DNA from: Chloropicon primus
Lineage: Eukaryota
Reading direction: 5' to 3'
Assembly: GCA_023205875.1 (NCBI GenBank)
Contig: CP060754.1
Coordinates: 186,001-250,000 of the forward strand
Length of the DNA stretch: 64,000 nt
Every line of letters begins with the position of its first letter. The first letter of the stretch is position 1. The position numbers and the translations under genes are program-made. Below, piece after piece: positions 8,843-18,905 of the stretch. The notes beneath the pieces are model-generated. The model worked only from the letters and a program-made list of their open reading frames with translations. It searched no databases and was not told the origin of the DNA.

Positions 8843-11800
8843 TCAATTGTCCGTGTTCCCAAGCTGGGAGGCCAGCTGCTGGAGTTGCGATATGGGCAGG
8901 CTAGCGATGCTGTTCAGGCTGTCGAGGCTCGGTGTCTGGTGCTGTTGGAGAAGGCTGTTCAAGCCTTCGAGCAGAGGGTTTCTCTGCTGCTGCTGGAGCT
9001 GCTGCAAGCGCTGGAGCTGCTGGAGCTGCTGAAGTTCCTGTGAGAGGGACGTGGTGCTTGCCATTGGCAGCGCAGATGGCACCTGAATCCTAGGAATTTG
9101 AGTGTTCTGAATCCTCGAGAGGAGGCTCTGCTGCTGCGGTGTGAACAAGGGCGTTCCCATTTGAAACGAGGCGGCGACCCCCTGTGGCTCCTGCGACTGA
9201 AGACCTGCCACAGATGAAGCTTGAAGCAATTGAGCTGCTTGACGGAGGAACAGAGCCTTGCTGGCATCAGAGGATGACGTGTCCAGCTTGTCCTGTGAGA
9301 CGGCCGCTGGGATCGCCTGCTGGGCATTCAGAACCTGCATCGTGAGGGCTGTGTTCGGTGACACTGTGGGTGCTGCGTTGAACAGGGCCTTGTTCAGCAT
9401 CTGCTGGGTCTGCTGCTGTTGTACCAGGAGGTTGCTTTTGAACAGGAGAGCATTCAAGTCGAGCCCGGCAGAATTGTTGTTCTGAGTGTTCAAAACAGAG
9501 GCCACCGGAATTGAGGCTGCTTTACTCGCGGCCGGAAGAGAATTCAGCACTGAGCCTGCTGCCTTGCTAACTCGTGCAACGAGGGTGTCCTCTGTTGCTA
9601 GCTGTGATTGCAGATCCTTTGGCAGCACCACCTTTGCTATTGCTGTTGGCTCTTGCTTCATTGCGGCGCTCCCGGAATTCACAAGTTCCTGGGTCAACTG
9701 TTGAACCTCCTTCGCAGCGTTTTCGTTTTGGACGACAGGACGAGACCCAGCCTTCTCTACCGTCGCCTTCTTGTCAGCCATGCTGCACGCCTTCCCTGCT
9801 TGCTCGACATTCTTTGGAGATGCACTGGCTCCCGCCTTGGCGTCTATCGGATTCGGACACTTACTGACCAGCGCCTCTGACGATGTGCCCTCCACCATGG
9901 ATCTGAGAATCGCTTCGAGGGAGGTTGTGAACTCGTCTACGAGATAATATCTAGCCTCCGAGGGCGATTCAAGCATCTTGCTCTGCTTCCTTTGCTGCAG
10001 CGGACTCATAGAAGACTCGTAAGAGTCTGGCGAACCCGCACCGACCTTGCCGGTGGGCTTCGGGAGAATGTACCTCCCTTTGGGACTGATGCCAGTCTTA
10101 GAATCGGGCACGGTCACGTTAAGAGACCCACTACCCCTCTTCCTCTTGCTGCTCTTGGCACTAGTCTTCTTCGTATTCTTTGTATCCACGACAGGGATGC
10201 ACTGCCCTTTCAGATGGAGACGGAACCCGCCGGTCTTTCGCGACTTTCCACTTGCCCTCTTTCCTTTCTGATTCGTAGGCAAGATCTTGCCGTACTCGAG
10301 CGTTTGGGACCTTTGAAGCGCATGCTTCTTCAGCAGGCTCGTGTGCTTGGCGAGTTGGAGGTCGCTGACTCTGAGCTGATGCGCCCCGGTGGCCAAACAA
10401 GCCCTGTGCGCAGTAGTATCAAAGCAGTTCCAATGCTTCCTCTGGACCCTGATGACCTTCTTCAAGGCTTTGATAGTGTGGGGGTTAACGGAATCTTCCA
10501 GGTTGGCCTTTATCAGCGGGACGGAGTCCCCAAGGAGGGCGGAGACCACAGCCTCGGAGCACTTTGCGACATTCGTGTGGTTGTAGCCCCCCTCGAGCAC
10601 CACAGTCATCCTTGATTGAATGTTCGCTGCCGTCCGTGCCGTCATGTGGTAGAATCCTGCGGGGGAGAGAAGCATTTCTCCCAGGGGATCTCCCTTCGCC
10701 GCGTCGAACCCACACGCGACAATGACCAAGTCAGGCTTGAACTGCTTCCCGATCGGCTCCACCACGAGCTGGAAGGCCGCAAGATAGTCGATGTCACCCA
10801 AGCCCGTGGCCTCGAAGGGGATGTTCACAGTGTAACCGGCCCCCTTGCCCTCCCCCGCCTCGTCAGCTGCCCCCGTGCCCGGGAAGAAGTACTTGCCATA
10901 ACGGTGGAGAGACAAGTAAAGCACGCTGTTGTCCCCATAAAAGACGTTGGAGATGCCGTTGCCATGATGCACGTCCCAGTCGATGATCATCACTCGGTTC
11001 ACGTTCTCGTTCTTGAGGGCAGCCTTCGCGGCCACGGCGCAGTTGTTGAAGAAGCAGAACCCCATGGCGCACTCGTGCTCGGCGTGGTGCCCCGGCGGCC
11101 TCACCAGGGCGAACGCGTTCTGGAGGGAGGAGCTCAGCACTTCCTCTGTCGCCGCCACGGCGCACCCGGCGGCCATCTTCGCGGCCCTGCCGGTCCCCTC
11201 GGAGTAGTAAATGTCCGGAGCCCCCTCCTCGTCCTCGTCGCCCAAACCCTCCTCGTTGTTGCCCGCCCCCCCCGGCGAGAAGGCCTTGTCCTTCTTGCTC
11301 AGTCCGGGGGAGATGGGAATCTGCACGGCCTCCCGCTTCTTGTCCGCGACCTCCCCGCTCATCACGCTCCGGATGTGGCCCTCGGTGTGGACCGCCAGCA
11401 GCTCCTCGTCCGTGGCCAGCCTCGGCTGAATGAACTTGCACCGGCCGACGATGCCCCTCACCCTGAGCCTCTTGAGGGCCTTGGTGATCCTGTTCGGGTT
11501 CTCAACGTGGCCCCCCACCAGCCTCCCCCCCTCCTTGTACTGGTGCCTGAGCATGCACTCGTCGTGCACGATCCCGGTGGACTTGCCGTCCTCGGCCTGG
11601 GGGTACCTCCTCCCCGTCTTCTCGCAGCACTTCTGGCAGTGGTAGTCGTCCGGGGCGATCTCGCAGTCCTCCTCCACCGTCCCGGGCGGAAGGAGGCCGA
11701 CGCACTCGTAGTGGAACCACTCGTCGCAGAGGTCGCACGCCAGCATGGGCCTCATCTCGTTGTAGGGCTGCCGACAGACGCAGTACACTTGCTGCTCCGC

Positions 11801-12391
11801 GGCGAGGGGGCTGGGCAGGCCCGGGCTCGCCCCCTTCCGAGGCGCCTCGGGCGGGGGGTCGGACGTGGCCTCGAGCGGGGGGTCGGACGTGGCCGCGGCC
11901 GCGGCCGCTCCTTGGGGCGGGGCCCCGCCCGAGTTTGTCACTGTGTCCGAGCTCGTCGGCCCGCTCCCCTTCCCCGCCAGGTTCTCCTGGACCAGGGACC
12001 TCATCTTCTCCTCGAGGAGCTTGCGCTTCTCGGCCTCGGCCCTCTCGTGCTCCAGGACGCACTGCCTCGCCGCCTTCCGGGCCTCGACCCGGGCCATCTC
12101 CTCCTCGATGCTCTTGGCCACCAGGAGGTTGTACCGGCTCTCTGGGGTGTCCCTCGCGGGAATCTTGAGCTTCAGGTCCGGCATGCACTGGTGCCGAGCC
12201 GAGGGCGACGGCGAGGGCGCGGGGGAGGAGGGGACCCCCTTCCCGTCGCCCTCGCAGCAGGGCGGGGCGGGCGCCGGGACCACCTCCCCGTCCCCGCGGG
12301 TCATCCTCAGCAGGCTCTCCTTGAGCGTCAGCAGCTTCGGTCCGCAGGGCTCCTTGACCTCGCCCGACGTCGTCGACGCCGACCCTAACAT
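8843..12391 (-). CDS. PHD-finger plus class II histone deacetylase with Q-rich C-terminal tail
   Basis: PHD YCVCRQPY...MLACDLCDEWFHYECV...YHCQKC. HDAC motifs RPPGHHA, GFCFFNN, DWDVHHGNG, FFPGTG, GFDAAKGDPLG and LEGGY. A possible extra 5' exon from ATG 12795 (intron 12385-12728) is phase-compatible. Confidence 0.9.
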   Translation of the reverse strand: MLGSASTTSGEVKEPCGPKLLTLKESLLRMTRGDGEVVPAPAPPCCEGDGKGVPSSPAPSPSPSARHQCMPDLKLKIPARDTPESRYNLLVAKSIEEEMARVEARKAARQCVLEHERAEAEKRKLLEEKMRSLVQENLAGKGSGPTSSDTVTNSGGAPPQGAAAAAATSDPPLEATSDPPPEAPRKGASPGLPSPLAAEQQVYCVCRQPYNEMRPMLACDLCDEWFHYECVGLLPPGTVEEDCEIAPDDYHCQKCCEKTGRRYPQAEDGKSTGIVHDECMLRHQYKEGGRLVGGHVENPNRITKALKRLRVRGIVGRCKFIQPRLATDEELLAVHTEGHIRSVMSGEVADKKREAVQIPISPGLSKKDKAFSPGGAGNNEEGLGDEDEEGAPDIYYSEGTGRAAKMAAGCAVAATEEVLSSSLQNAFALVRPPGHHAEHECAMGFCFFNNCAVAAKAALKNENVNRVMIIDWDVHHGNGISNVFYGDNSVLYLSLHRYGKYFFPGTGAADEAGEGKGAGYTVNIPFEATGLGDIDYLAAFQLVVEPIGKQFKPDLVIVACGFDAAKGDPLGEMLLSPAGFYHMTARTAANIQSRMTVVLEGGYNHTNVAKCSEAVVSALLGDSVPLIKANLEDSVNPHTIKALKKVIRVQRKHWNCFDTTAHRACLATGAHQLRVSDLQLAKHTSLLKKHALQRSQTLEYGKILPTNQKGKRASGKSRKTGGFRLHLKGQCIPVVDTKNTKKTSAKSSKRKRGSGSLNVTVPDSKTGISPKGRYILPKPTGKVGAGSPDSYESSMSPLQQRKQSKMLESPSEARYYLVDEFTTSLEAILRSMVEGTSSEALVSKCPNPIDAKAGASASPKNVEQAGKACSMADKKATVEKAGSRPVVQNENAAKEVQQLTQELVNSGSAAMKQEPTAIAKVVLPKDLQSQLATEDTLVARVSKAAGSVLNSLPAASKAASIPVASVLNTQNNNSAGLDLNALLFKSNLLVQQQQTQQMLNKALFNAAPTVSPNTALTMQVLNAQQAIPAAVSQDKLDTSSSDASKALFLRQAAQLLQASSVAGLQSQEPQGVAASFQMGTPLFTPQQQSLLSRIQNTQIPRIQVPSALPMASTTSLSQELQQLQQLQRLQQLQQQQRNPLLEGLNSLLQQHQTPSLDSLNSIASLPISQLQQLASQLGNTDN

Positions 12392-13036
12392 GACAGGACG
12401 GCGAGACGAGGAAACAACAACAAGAAAAAAAACACGAAACGGAAACCAAAAGCAAAGCCCGTCGACTCGAGCCGACGAACGACGGTACCGAAGACGAAGA
12501 AGAATGCGCGATGGTCGACAATGTCCCCTCGTCACCGAACACGGACAAGCCTCGTCCTCGTCCTCGTCCTCGTCTCTCCTTTCCTTCTCCTTCTCCTTCT
12601 TCACCCTCCCCTCTCTCTTACTCTAGGCCACCGCACCAAAAAAGCCGTTACGACAATTCGACCGAGGGAGCGTAGAAATTGCGTTTTGCGTCGAGAAACA
12701 AGAAAAACGGAGAGAGTAGAAGACTCACGCAGGGACGTGAGGGTCATTTGGTGGCGTCGTGGGGGTGTAAACGTTGCATCATTTTGTCGTTCCATGGGGA
12801 GCGATGACCTCGAGGCCGGCGTGGCGCGACCCAGGGCTCGTAACGCCTGGTCGATAACGTCAAGGCTCTCGGAGCGTGAAAAGCGAGGGGGGGAGGTCAA
12901 AAGTGGTTTGTAGGGACCGTCACTCAGTAGTACGGTTTTGGAGACGACGCCCACCCGCCGCACGGAGCGCGAGAGAGAGAGAGAGAGAGGGGAGAACCCA
13001 CCACCAACACACGCACGCACACGCACGAGAGAGAAG

Positions 13037-13813
13037 ATGAAGAGCGGCGGCGCGCGCTACGTTCTGGCGTCCGTGCTGGTCCTCGGCCTCGCGGCCCAGG
13101 CGACGCAGGCGATGCACGTGGACCACATCATGGACGAGATCAAGGAGGTGATCAACACCGGGATCGCGGAGTCCGCCGAGTCTACGGGCGCGATGATCAA
13201 CGCGGTGACGAAGACCGGGCGCGAGCTCGGGGTTCTGAACCGCCTGAGGGGCGGGGGGAACCTCTTCTCCACGGAGAGGCCGTACCCCTGGTGGGCCCTG
13301 CCCCAGGCCTCGTACGACGGCGAGCTTCCCAAGTGGTCGAGGCCTGAGCTGAACGAGAGGATCAACGAGGCCGCCGAGCAGGCGAACGAGAGGATCGGGG
13401 AGGCGTACGCCAACTACGAGAGGGAGTACTGCTCGGACTACGGCCCGATCACGGAGTCCGAGTGGCAGCCGGCCAAGTTCAACGGCGGGGGGTGCAAGCT
13501 CTCGATCAGCCTGGGAGGGTGCTATGTGTACCCCGTGGACGGGCCCGACAAGAAGCTCCCCGTGGTCTTCGCGGTCAACTGCACGACCCCTAAGATCGCC
13601 GTGACGAAGAACAAGCCGACCTTCGATTCCCCCTACAAGTCGCCCACCGAGTTCAGCTTCAGGTCCTGCAGGGGAAAGAGCGTGACCCTGGGACAGGAGA
13701 AGACGAACTTCTTGCAGTTCCCAGGAAACCAGTTCGTGATTCCGTTCATGAGGCTCCCAAAGGCCTTCCCCGGCAGGCTCGCGCAGTGGGTCGGCCTCGG
13801 AAGGTTCAAATAG
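13037..13813 (+). CDS. Secreted Cys-containing protein of unknown function
   Basis: Signal peptide MKSGGARYVLASVLVLGLAAQATQA, strong GC3 codon bias, intronless. Confidence 0.8.
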   Translation: MKSGGARYVLASVLVLGLAAQATQAMHVDHIMDEIKEVINTGIAESAESTGAMINAVTKTGRELGVLNRLRGGGNLFSTERPYPWWALPQASYDGELPKWSRPELNERINEAAEQANERIGEAYANYEREYCSDYGPITESEWQPAKFNGGGCKLSISLGGCYVYPVDGPDKKLPVVFAVNCTTPKIAVTKNKPTFDSPYKSPTEFSFRSCRGKSVTLGQEKTNFLQFPGNQFVIPFMRLPKAFPGRLAQWVGLGRFK

Positions 13814-14002
13814 AGCGGGGGAGCACGCGGTGGGCCCAACTTGTGCACGGAGGACACGGAGCAGCAGCACACGTCTTTTTCATGCCGTATATAATTTATT
13901 TTTTTCAATCAAAACGAAAGCCTTCACACAAACAACAACAAACAAACCAAGAAACACAGATATGTTCCTTCGGGTAAGCCGCCTTTCTCGTTTGGGCACG
14001 CC

Positions 14003-15055
14003 CTACGACCCACCAACCTGGGTGCTCTCGAATATCTTGTCCGCGTTTCCCTGCTCGAACCCGTCCCTCCTGTGGTGCTCCTCGATCTGGTCCTCGGGAA
14101 GGTGGCTGAACTCGGGGAGCACGAGCCTCTGCGCGAACTCGATGTAAGGCCCGGAGACCGGAACGACCTTGCCACCCTCGAACTCGAAGTCGAAGGTGTC
14201 CGCAAGAGTCGATATCTGCCGCAGCCCCCCGTCCGGGCTAGTCTTCACGACGCCGCCGCTGCTGTTGAGCTTGAAATCGGCCCCCTCCAGACCGCGGACG
14301 AGGTCCTCGATCTCGTTCATCCTCGAGAGGTTGTGGACGGATATCGTGGTGTGGTTCAAGCTGTAGCCGTTCACCAGAGTCCAAGCGGCGTACTCGCTCA
14401 CCTCGGCCAGGGCCTTGAAGTCCTCGAGTGCCGGGGTCTTCCACGGGAGGACGCCGAGAGACCCCGAGAGGAACATGTGGTCCGACGCGGGGGAGGCCTG
14501 CTTGGTGTACTTTCCGATAATCTCCTGCACCTGGTCCGAGAAGGCTTCCACCTGGAGCTCCGAGATGAAAATCCTGGGGAGCTCTGGCACAGGCGGAGCG
14601 AACCAGTACGCGTTGAGCTTCTTTTGCTTGAATATCAGGTTGTCGCGCCTCTCGTACCCAAAGCTCTGCAGGGTGCTCGCCAGGGAGTCGATGCCGCAGC
14701 CGTTCATCCCGAACGTTCGGAACGCAAAGTGGTCGAAGTACAGGTTCCCTTTCTGCGAGGCAGGCGCGGAACGCAAATCGGAACGAGAGACGACGACGAC
14801 AAGGAAGAAGAAGAAGAAGAAGAGTAGTCCGGGTCAGAGTCACGGATCCTAGTTTGGGATCGGGAATCCGCCAGCCGTCGAGGGAGGGGGAAGAAAACTC
14901 ACCTGCTGGTTCTCGAGAAAGTCCATCGCCAGGCCTGCGGTCGGTGCCCGCGCCCAGTACTTGGACAGGAACGCGTTTAAGCCTCCAGTCAGTATTGGAG
15001 ACACCTTATCGGAAGCGAGCTTCCAAGTCTCCTTCCCAGCCATTCTTCCCAGCAT
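14003..15055 (-). CDS. DUF1338 family protein (2-oxoadipate dioxygenase/decarboxylase-like), 2 exons
   Basis: Intron 14753-14902. Motifs DHFAFRTFG, PRIFISEL, SEYAAW, NHTTISVH, YIEFAQR and RRDGFEQGNADKIFEST. Start uncertain. Confidence 0.88.
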
Positions 15056-15076
15056 GCTTTGTTGCCCACGGTCGGT

Positions 15077-15129
15077 CGAACTCCCAACTGTCTGCGCGAA
15101 CTCCCAACTGTCTGCGCGAACTCCCAACT
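15077..15129. repeat. 20-bp tandem repeat (CGAACTCCCAACTGTCTGCG, about 2.6 copies)
   Basis: Direct reading; a partial further copy lies near 15143-15154. Confidence 0.9.
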
Positions 15130-15272
15130 CGTCTCACTCGTGTGTCTGCGCGAAGCCTCTGCCTCTCTCTCTCTCTCTCTCTGGCACAGAGTGGGTCGCC
15201 TCCTCAGTCGTCTCGTCACTTTGCTGATGTGTCGCAAAAAGCAAAAAGTTTTAGAGGGGCGAGAGTAACCGT

Positions 15273-15347
15273 CTCGGAGAAGGGGGTTGACAGCAGGAAA
15301 GGTGATGAGGGCGAACGAGCAAGAGCGGGTCGGAGATGTCCGAGTCG
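15273..15347 (+). pseudogene. Duplicated stub of the 5' end of the downstream acyltransferase gene
   Basis: 15281-15311 equals 16637-16667 and 15316-15347 equals 16671-16702. The stub has a frameshift after the first ATG, and the second ATG reads MSESASSC*. Confidence 0.75.
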
Positions 15348-15681
15348 GCATCGTCTTGCTGATTCGCAGCGGCTCTATCCAACAAAGTATTACGGTAGGA
15401 TGAAGATCGGCCGACAGAAAACGAGCAGCAGCATATGAGTGATTGAAGTCGAGACCTGTCTATCCGTGCGATTACACAACAACAACAACGACATTACGGG
15501 TCGCCGTGCACAAAGGCCGCGGCGAGCAGGTACCTCACGACTCCCGTCATGCGAAACGTGAAATGGCGGAGCTCTCCCTCGAAACGAAACGCTCTACGAC
15601 ACTGAGGCGCGCGTTCCCGTTTCCCCCGCGACATGCAAAACATGCAAAGGAGAGGCATGCAAAAAGAACCCGAGGCGGCGC

Positions 15682-16290
15682 TTACTTCTCGCCCTCGTCG
15701 GCCACGTACCTCCAGCCCCACTGTGGCCTGGAGTAGTGCCTCCTGGCCCACCTCCTTGGGACCCAGTGCTCCTCCCACTTCCAGTCATGCACTGGTGGCT
15801 CAGGTGGGTTCACTGGTGGCTCAGGTGGGTTCACTGGTGGCTCTGGCTCCTTCTTCCACAAGTAGCCCATCGCATCGGCGTCCGACATCGCCTCGGCGTC
15901 GGCGAAGGCAATCCCCTCTTGGTGGGTGTCCGCGTTGTCATCAGACTCGGCAGTGGCTTCGGTGTCCACGACCGAGGCCGTTCCCATGGAGTCAGAATTG
16001 GAGGTGGCCTTGCCGATCTCGATCAATTCACCCCAGTAGTAATCGAAAGACGTGGAGGCGGCATCGGCATTGGCGGTGGCGATGGCCTCGGCGTTCTCGC
16101 CACCAGCCTCGGCATCGGCGTCGGTGACGGTATAGGTGGTCGCCTCTCCAGTTTCAGGGTTCGTGTAAGACGAGGAGGAGGCAGAGGAAGACGCAGAGGC
16201 GTACGATTTCCACTCGTACTCTCCGTCGGTCGCGCAAGCGGTCGCGCAGAGCGCCGCGAGGACGCTGATGGTGATGGTCCTGGTGTTCAT
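15682..16290 (-). CDS. Secreted Ala/Ser/Thr/Asp-rich protein with PEPPVNP repeats and Trp-rich tail
   Basis: Signal peptide MNTRTITISVLAALCATACA. 21-bp tandem repeat near 15790-15845. TGTAA on the minus strand at 15472-15476. Confidence 0.8.
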   Translation of the reverse strand: MNTRTITISVLAALCATACATDGEYEWKSYASASSSASSSSYTNPETGEATTYTVTDADAEAGGENAEAIATANADAASTSFDYYWGELIEIGKATSNSDSMGTASVVDTEATAESDDNADTHQEGIAFADAEAMSDADAMGYLWKKEPEPPVNPPEPPVNPPEPPVHDWKWEEHWVPRRWARRHYSRPQWGWRYVADEGEK

Positions 16291-16660
16291 GCTGGTCGGG
16301 ACTGACTCACAACGAAGGCAGCTGTGTGTGCGTGTGTGTGTGTTCGTGTTTCACTCTGCGACGCGCTTGTCGGTCGGATTTATGGCGAGGGTTTGCGATG
16401 ATCAGCGCTTAAATACCCTAGCCGCCGCTGTGGTCTCCCGCCCTTCCCTCGAGGAGAAGAATTCTTCTTCCATTCTGCCTGTAGTTTTTCCACTCTTTTT
16501 TTTTTTGCCCCGTTACAGCAGTGGCCCGCCCTCGAATAAACAGGAATCCCCAAAAGTGTCCTGGGGATGAGTTCCCCAGGAAAACGCATGGATTTCGCTC
16601 AAGGGAGAGGTCTCACTCACTCGGAGAAGGAGAAGGAGGGGGTTGACAGCAGGAAAGGTG

Positions 16661-18868
16661 ATGAGGGAGGCGAGCAAGAGCGGGTCGGAGATGTCCGAGT
16701 CGTCCATGGACGTTCCCGAGACCTCGACCGCTGACCTTCCGAAAGGCAAGCTTACCTTCTCGCCCGCGTGGTTCCTCTGGCTCGGACTCGGAGCGTCCGC
16801 GACAGCGAACTCAGCGGGTCTTCCGCAGGAGTTTTCCCTCGCTCTGGGGGCCGCGTTCCTCACCGCGTTTCTGCTGTTCGGGTTGACGGCGAAGCAGATC
16901 CTGCAGTTCGGCGTGGACGCCCTGATTGAGCTTTACTTTCGAGAATACATTACGATGGGGAGTGAGAAGGTGCCGGAAAGGGGTCCAGTAATTTTTGTCT
17001 GCGGTCCGCACTCGAACCAGTTCCTCGATCCCGTCGTCGTGTCGAAGGGCACGAAGAGGGACATTCGCTACATCACCGCGGCCAAGTCCCTGAGGAGGAA
17101 GGACGTGGGTTGGCTCTTCAAGGTAAGCGGAAGCCCTCGAGGTCGTTCGCTCGGCGGTGTGCGCGCGTGCATGTCTGTCTGTCAGACTCTGACTCCCTCT
17201 CCTAGTACGCTGAGCCCGTCCCGGTGGAGAGGCAGCAAGACCTCAAGAAGAAGGGCACGGGCCGGATCAGGATCACGGACACGGGCAGAGTCCTTGGCAC
17301 GGAAACAAGGTTCAGGGAGGAGTTCGGCTCAGAAGGAAAAGGAAAGTACCAGATCCAGATAAAAAGGACGACGGGAGGGCAAGGGAAGCAATCCACAGTC
17401 ACGATGAAGGTGGAGACCGTGGTCAGCGATGCCGAGATCCAGTTGGATCAGCCGCCGCCTGCGACCTCCTCAGACCTTCTCCAGTACTACATACTGCCTC
17501 CCGTCGACCACGACGTCATGTTCAACAAAGTGTATGATCATCTCGGGGGTGGAGGCGCCTTGGGGATATTTCCGGAGGGCGGAAGCCACGACAGGACGGA
17601 GCTGCTTCCCCTCAAGGTCGGGGTGTGCCTCATGGCTCTTGGTGCAATGGCGAAGCACCCGCAATCCAGGGTGAACCTGGTCCCAGTTGGATTGAACTAC
17701 TTCTCACAGGACAAGTTCAACAGCAGAGTCTTGGTGAAATACGGAGACGTCTTGCACATTGATATCGCTAGCCCCATAATGACCATGTTCAAAGCAGGTG
17801 GAGAGCTGAAGAAGAGAGCGGTGAGGGAGCTGCTTGGTCGGATTGAGGGCGCTCTTCGCGAGGTGACAGTCGCTGCGCCTGATTTTAGCGTGCTAAAGTC
17901 ATTTTGGGTTTTGAGAGATCTTTATTGCCCGACAAAAAAGTTGCTGGAGATGAGCAGCGCGGAACAGGTCATGCTCGCTCAGGCTTTCGCTGCAGGTAAG
18001 GAACACCTCGTGCGGCCTTCGATCCTTTCCTGACCTTGATTTCTTCTCTTTCTCTTTGGACCTGTGACAAGACTACGAAAGAGTGAAGGGAGATCCAGAG
18101 GTGGACCCGCTGTTGAACAGAATCAAGAAATACTCAAGGAAGTTGAGCGGTCTTGGCCTCAAGGACAAGGGGAACATCAAGACGGCCTTGCTGGTTCAGG
18201 AGTCTCACTTCTCAAAACTTCGTCTCCTTGGACGTCTCGTTGCGAGGGTCCTGTACCTCGCCGGAATGTACGTAATGTTCTTCCCCGTGCACATGTATCT
18301 CTTTCCCGTGTATGTGATTGCCAAAATATACTCTCTTCGAAAGAGCAGGGAAGCAGTTGCTGCATCCACGGTCAAAATCAAAGGCAAGGATGTCATTGGC
18401 ACGTACAAGCTCATAATAGCCCTGCCCATGCTCGTGGTTGGACACTTTGGCTGCTCGTTTTTGATGAGACTCAAACTCGGGGAGGCTCCGGCTGTGGCGT
18501 ACTTCTTTTTCGCTCCCTTTTTGCAATTCATGGTGTACAAAGGGATTCCAAACATGCTCGAGTACATAGGCATAACGCGAACATTGATGCTGGCGTTGTT
18601 CACGACAGAAAGGGCCTTCAGCCTGATAAGAGAGAGGAAGGATTTAAAGGACGATGTGCGATCCCTGGTGGATCGACTTGAGTGGGGCTTTCAGTACCAA
18701 AGCGTCAAAGACCTGCAATTGAGGAGGAAGGAGAGCTGGGCGCTGGACTCCTTCAGGCTAGAGGACATGCCCAGGGCGTTCAGCAACTCAATGGCTTTGC
18801 TCCACGACTCCTGCTTCGACGACGTCGACTTGGATCAGGATTTGCTTTTTCGAGGAAAGATGGACTAA
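16661..18868 (+). CDS. Glycerol-3-phosphate acyltransferase, Sct1/Gpt2 (fungal ER)-type, 3 exons
   Basis: Introns 17123-17205 and 17996-18071. Motifs GPVIFVCGPHSNQFLDP, PVERQQD, GIFPEGGSHDRTELLPLKVG, VPVGLNYF and ASTVKIKGKDVIGTYK. Confidence 0.88.
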
Positions 18869-18905
18869 ATCTGGAATTACATGACTTCCCCAAGCTCCTT
18901 CTGCT

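Noticed and set aside
11854..11894. 24-bp internal duplication in HDAC (ATSDPP x2)
   Set aside because: Ordinary slippage in a disordered linker.
15077..15154. 20-bp repeats as a possible CRISPR array
   Set aside because: Head-to-tail with no unique spacers, eukaryotic context and no cas genes.
15348..16636. Inserted segment as a DNA transposon or Helitron
   Set aside because: No terminal inverted repeats, transposase or CTRR end; kept only as an unexplained insertion.
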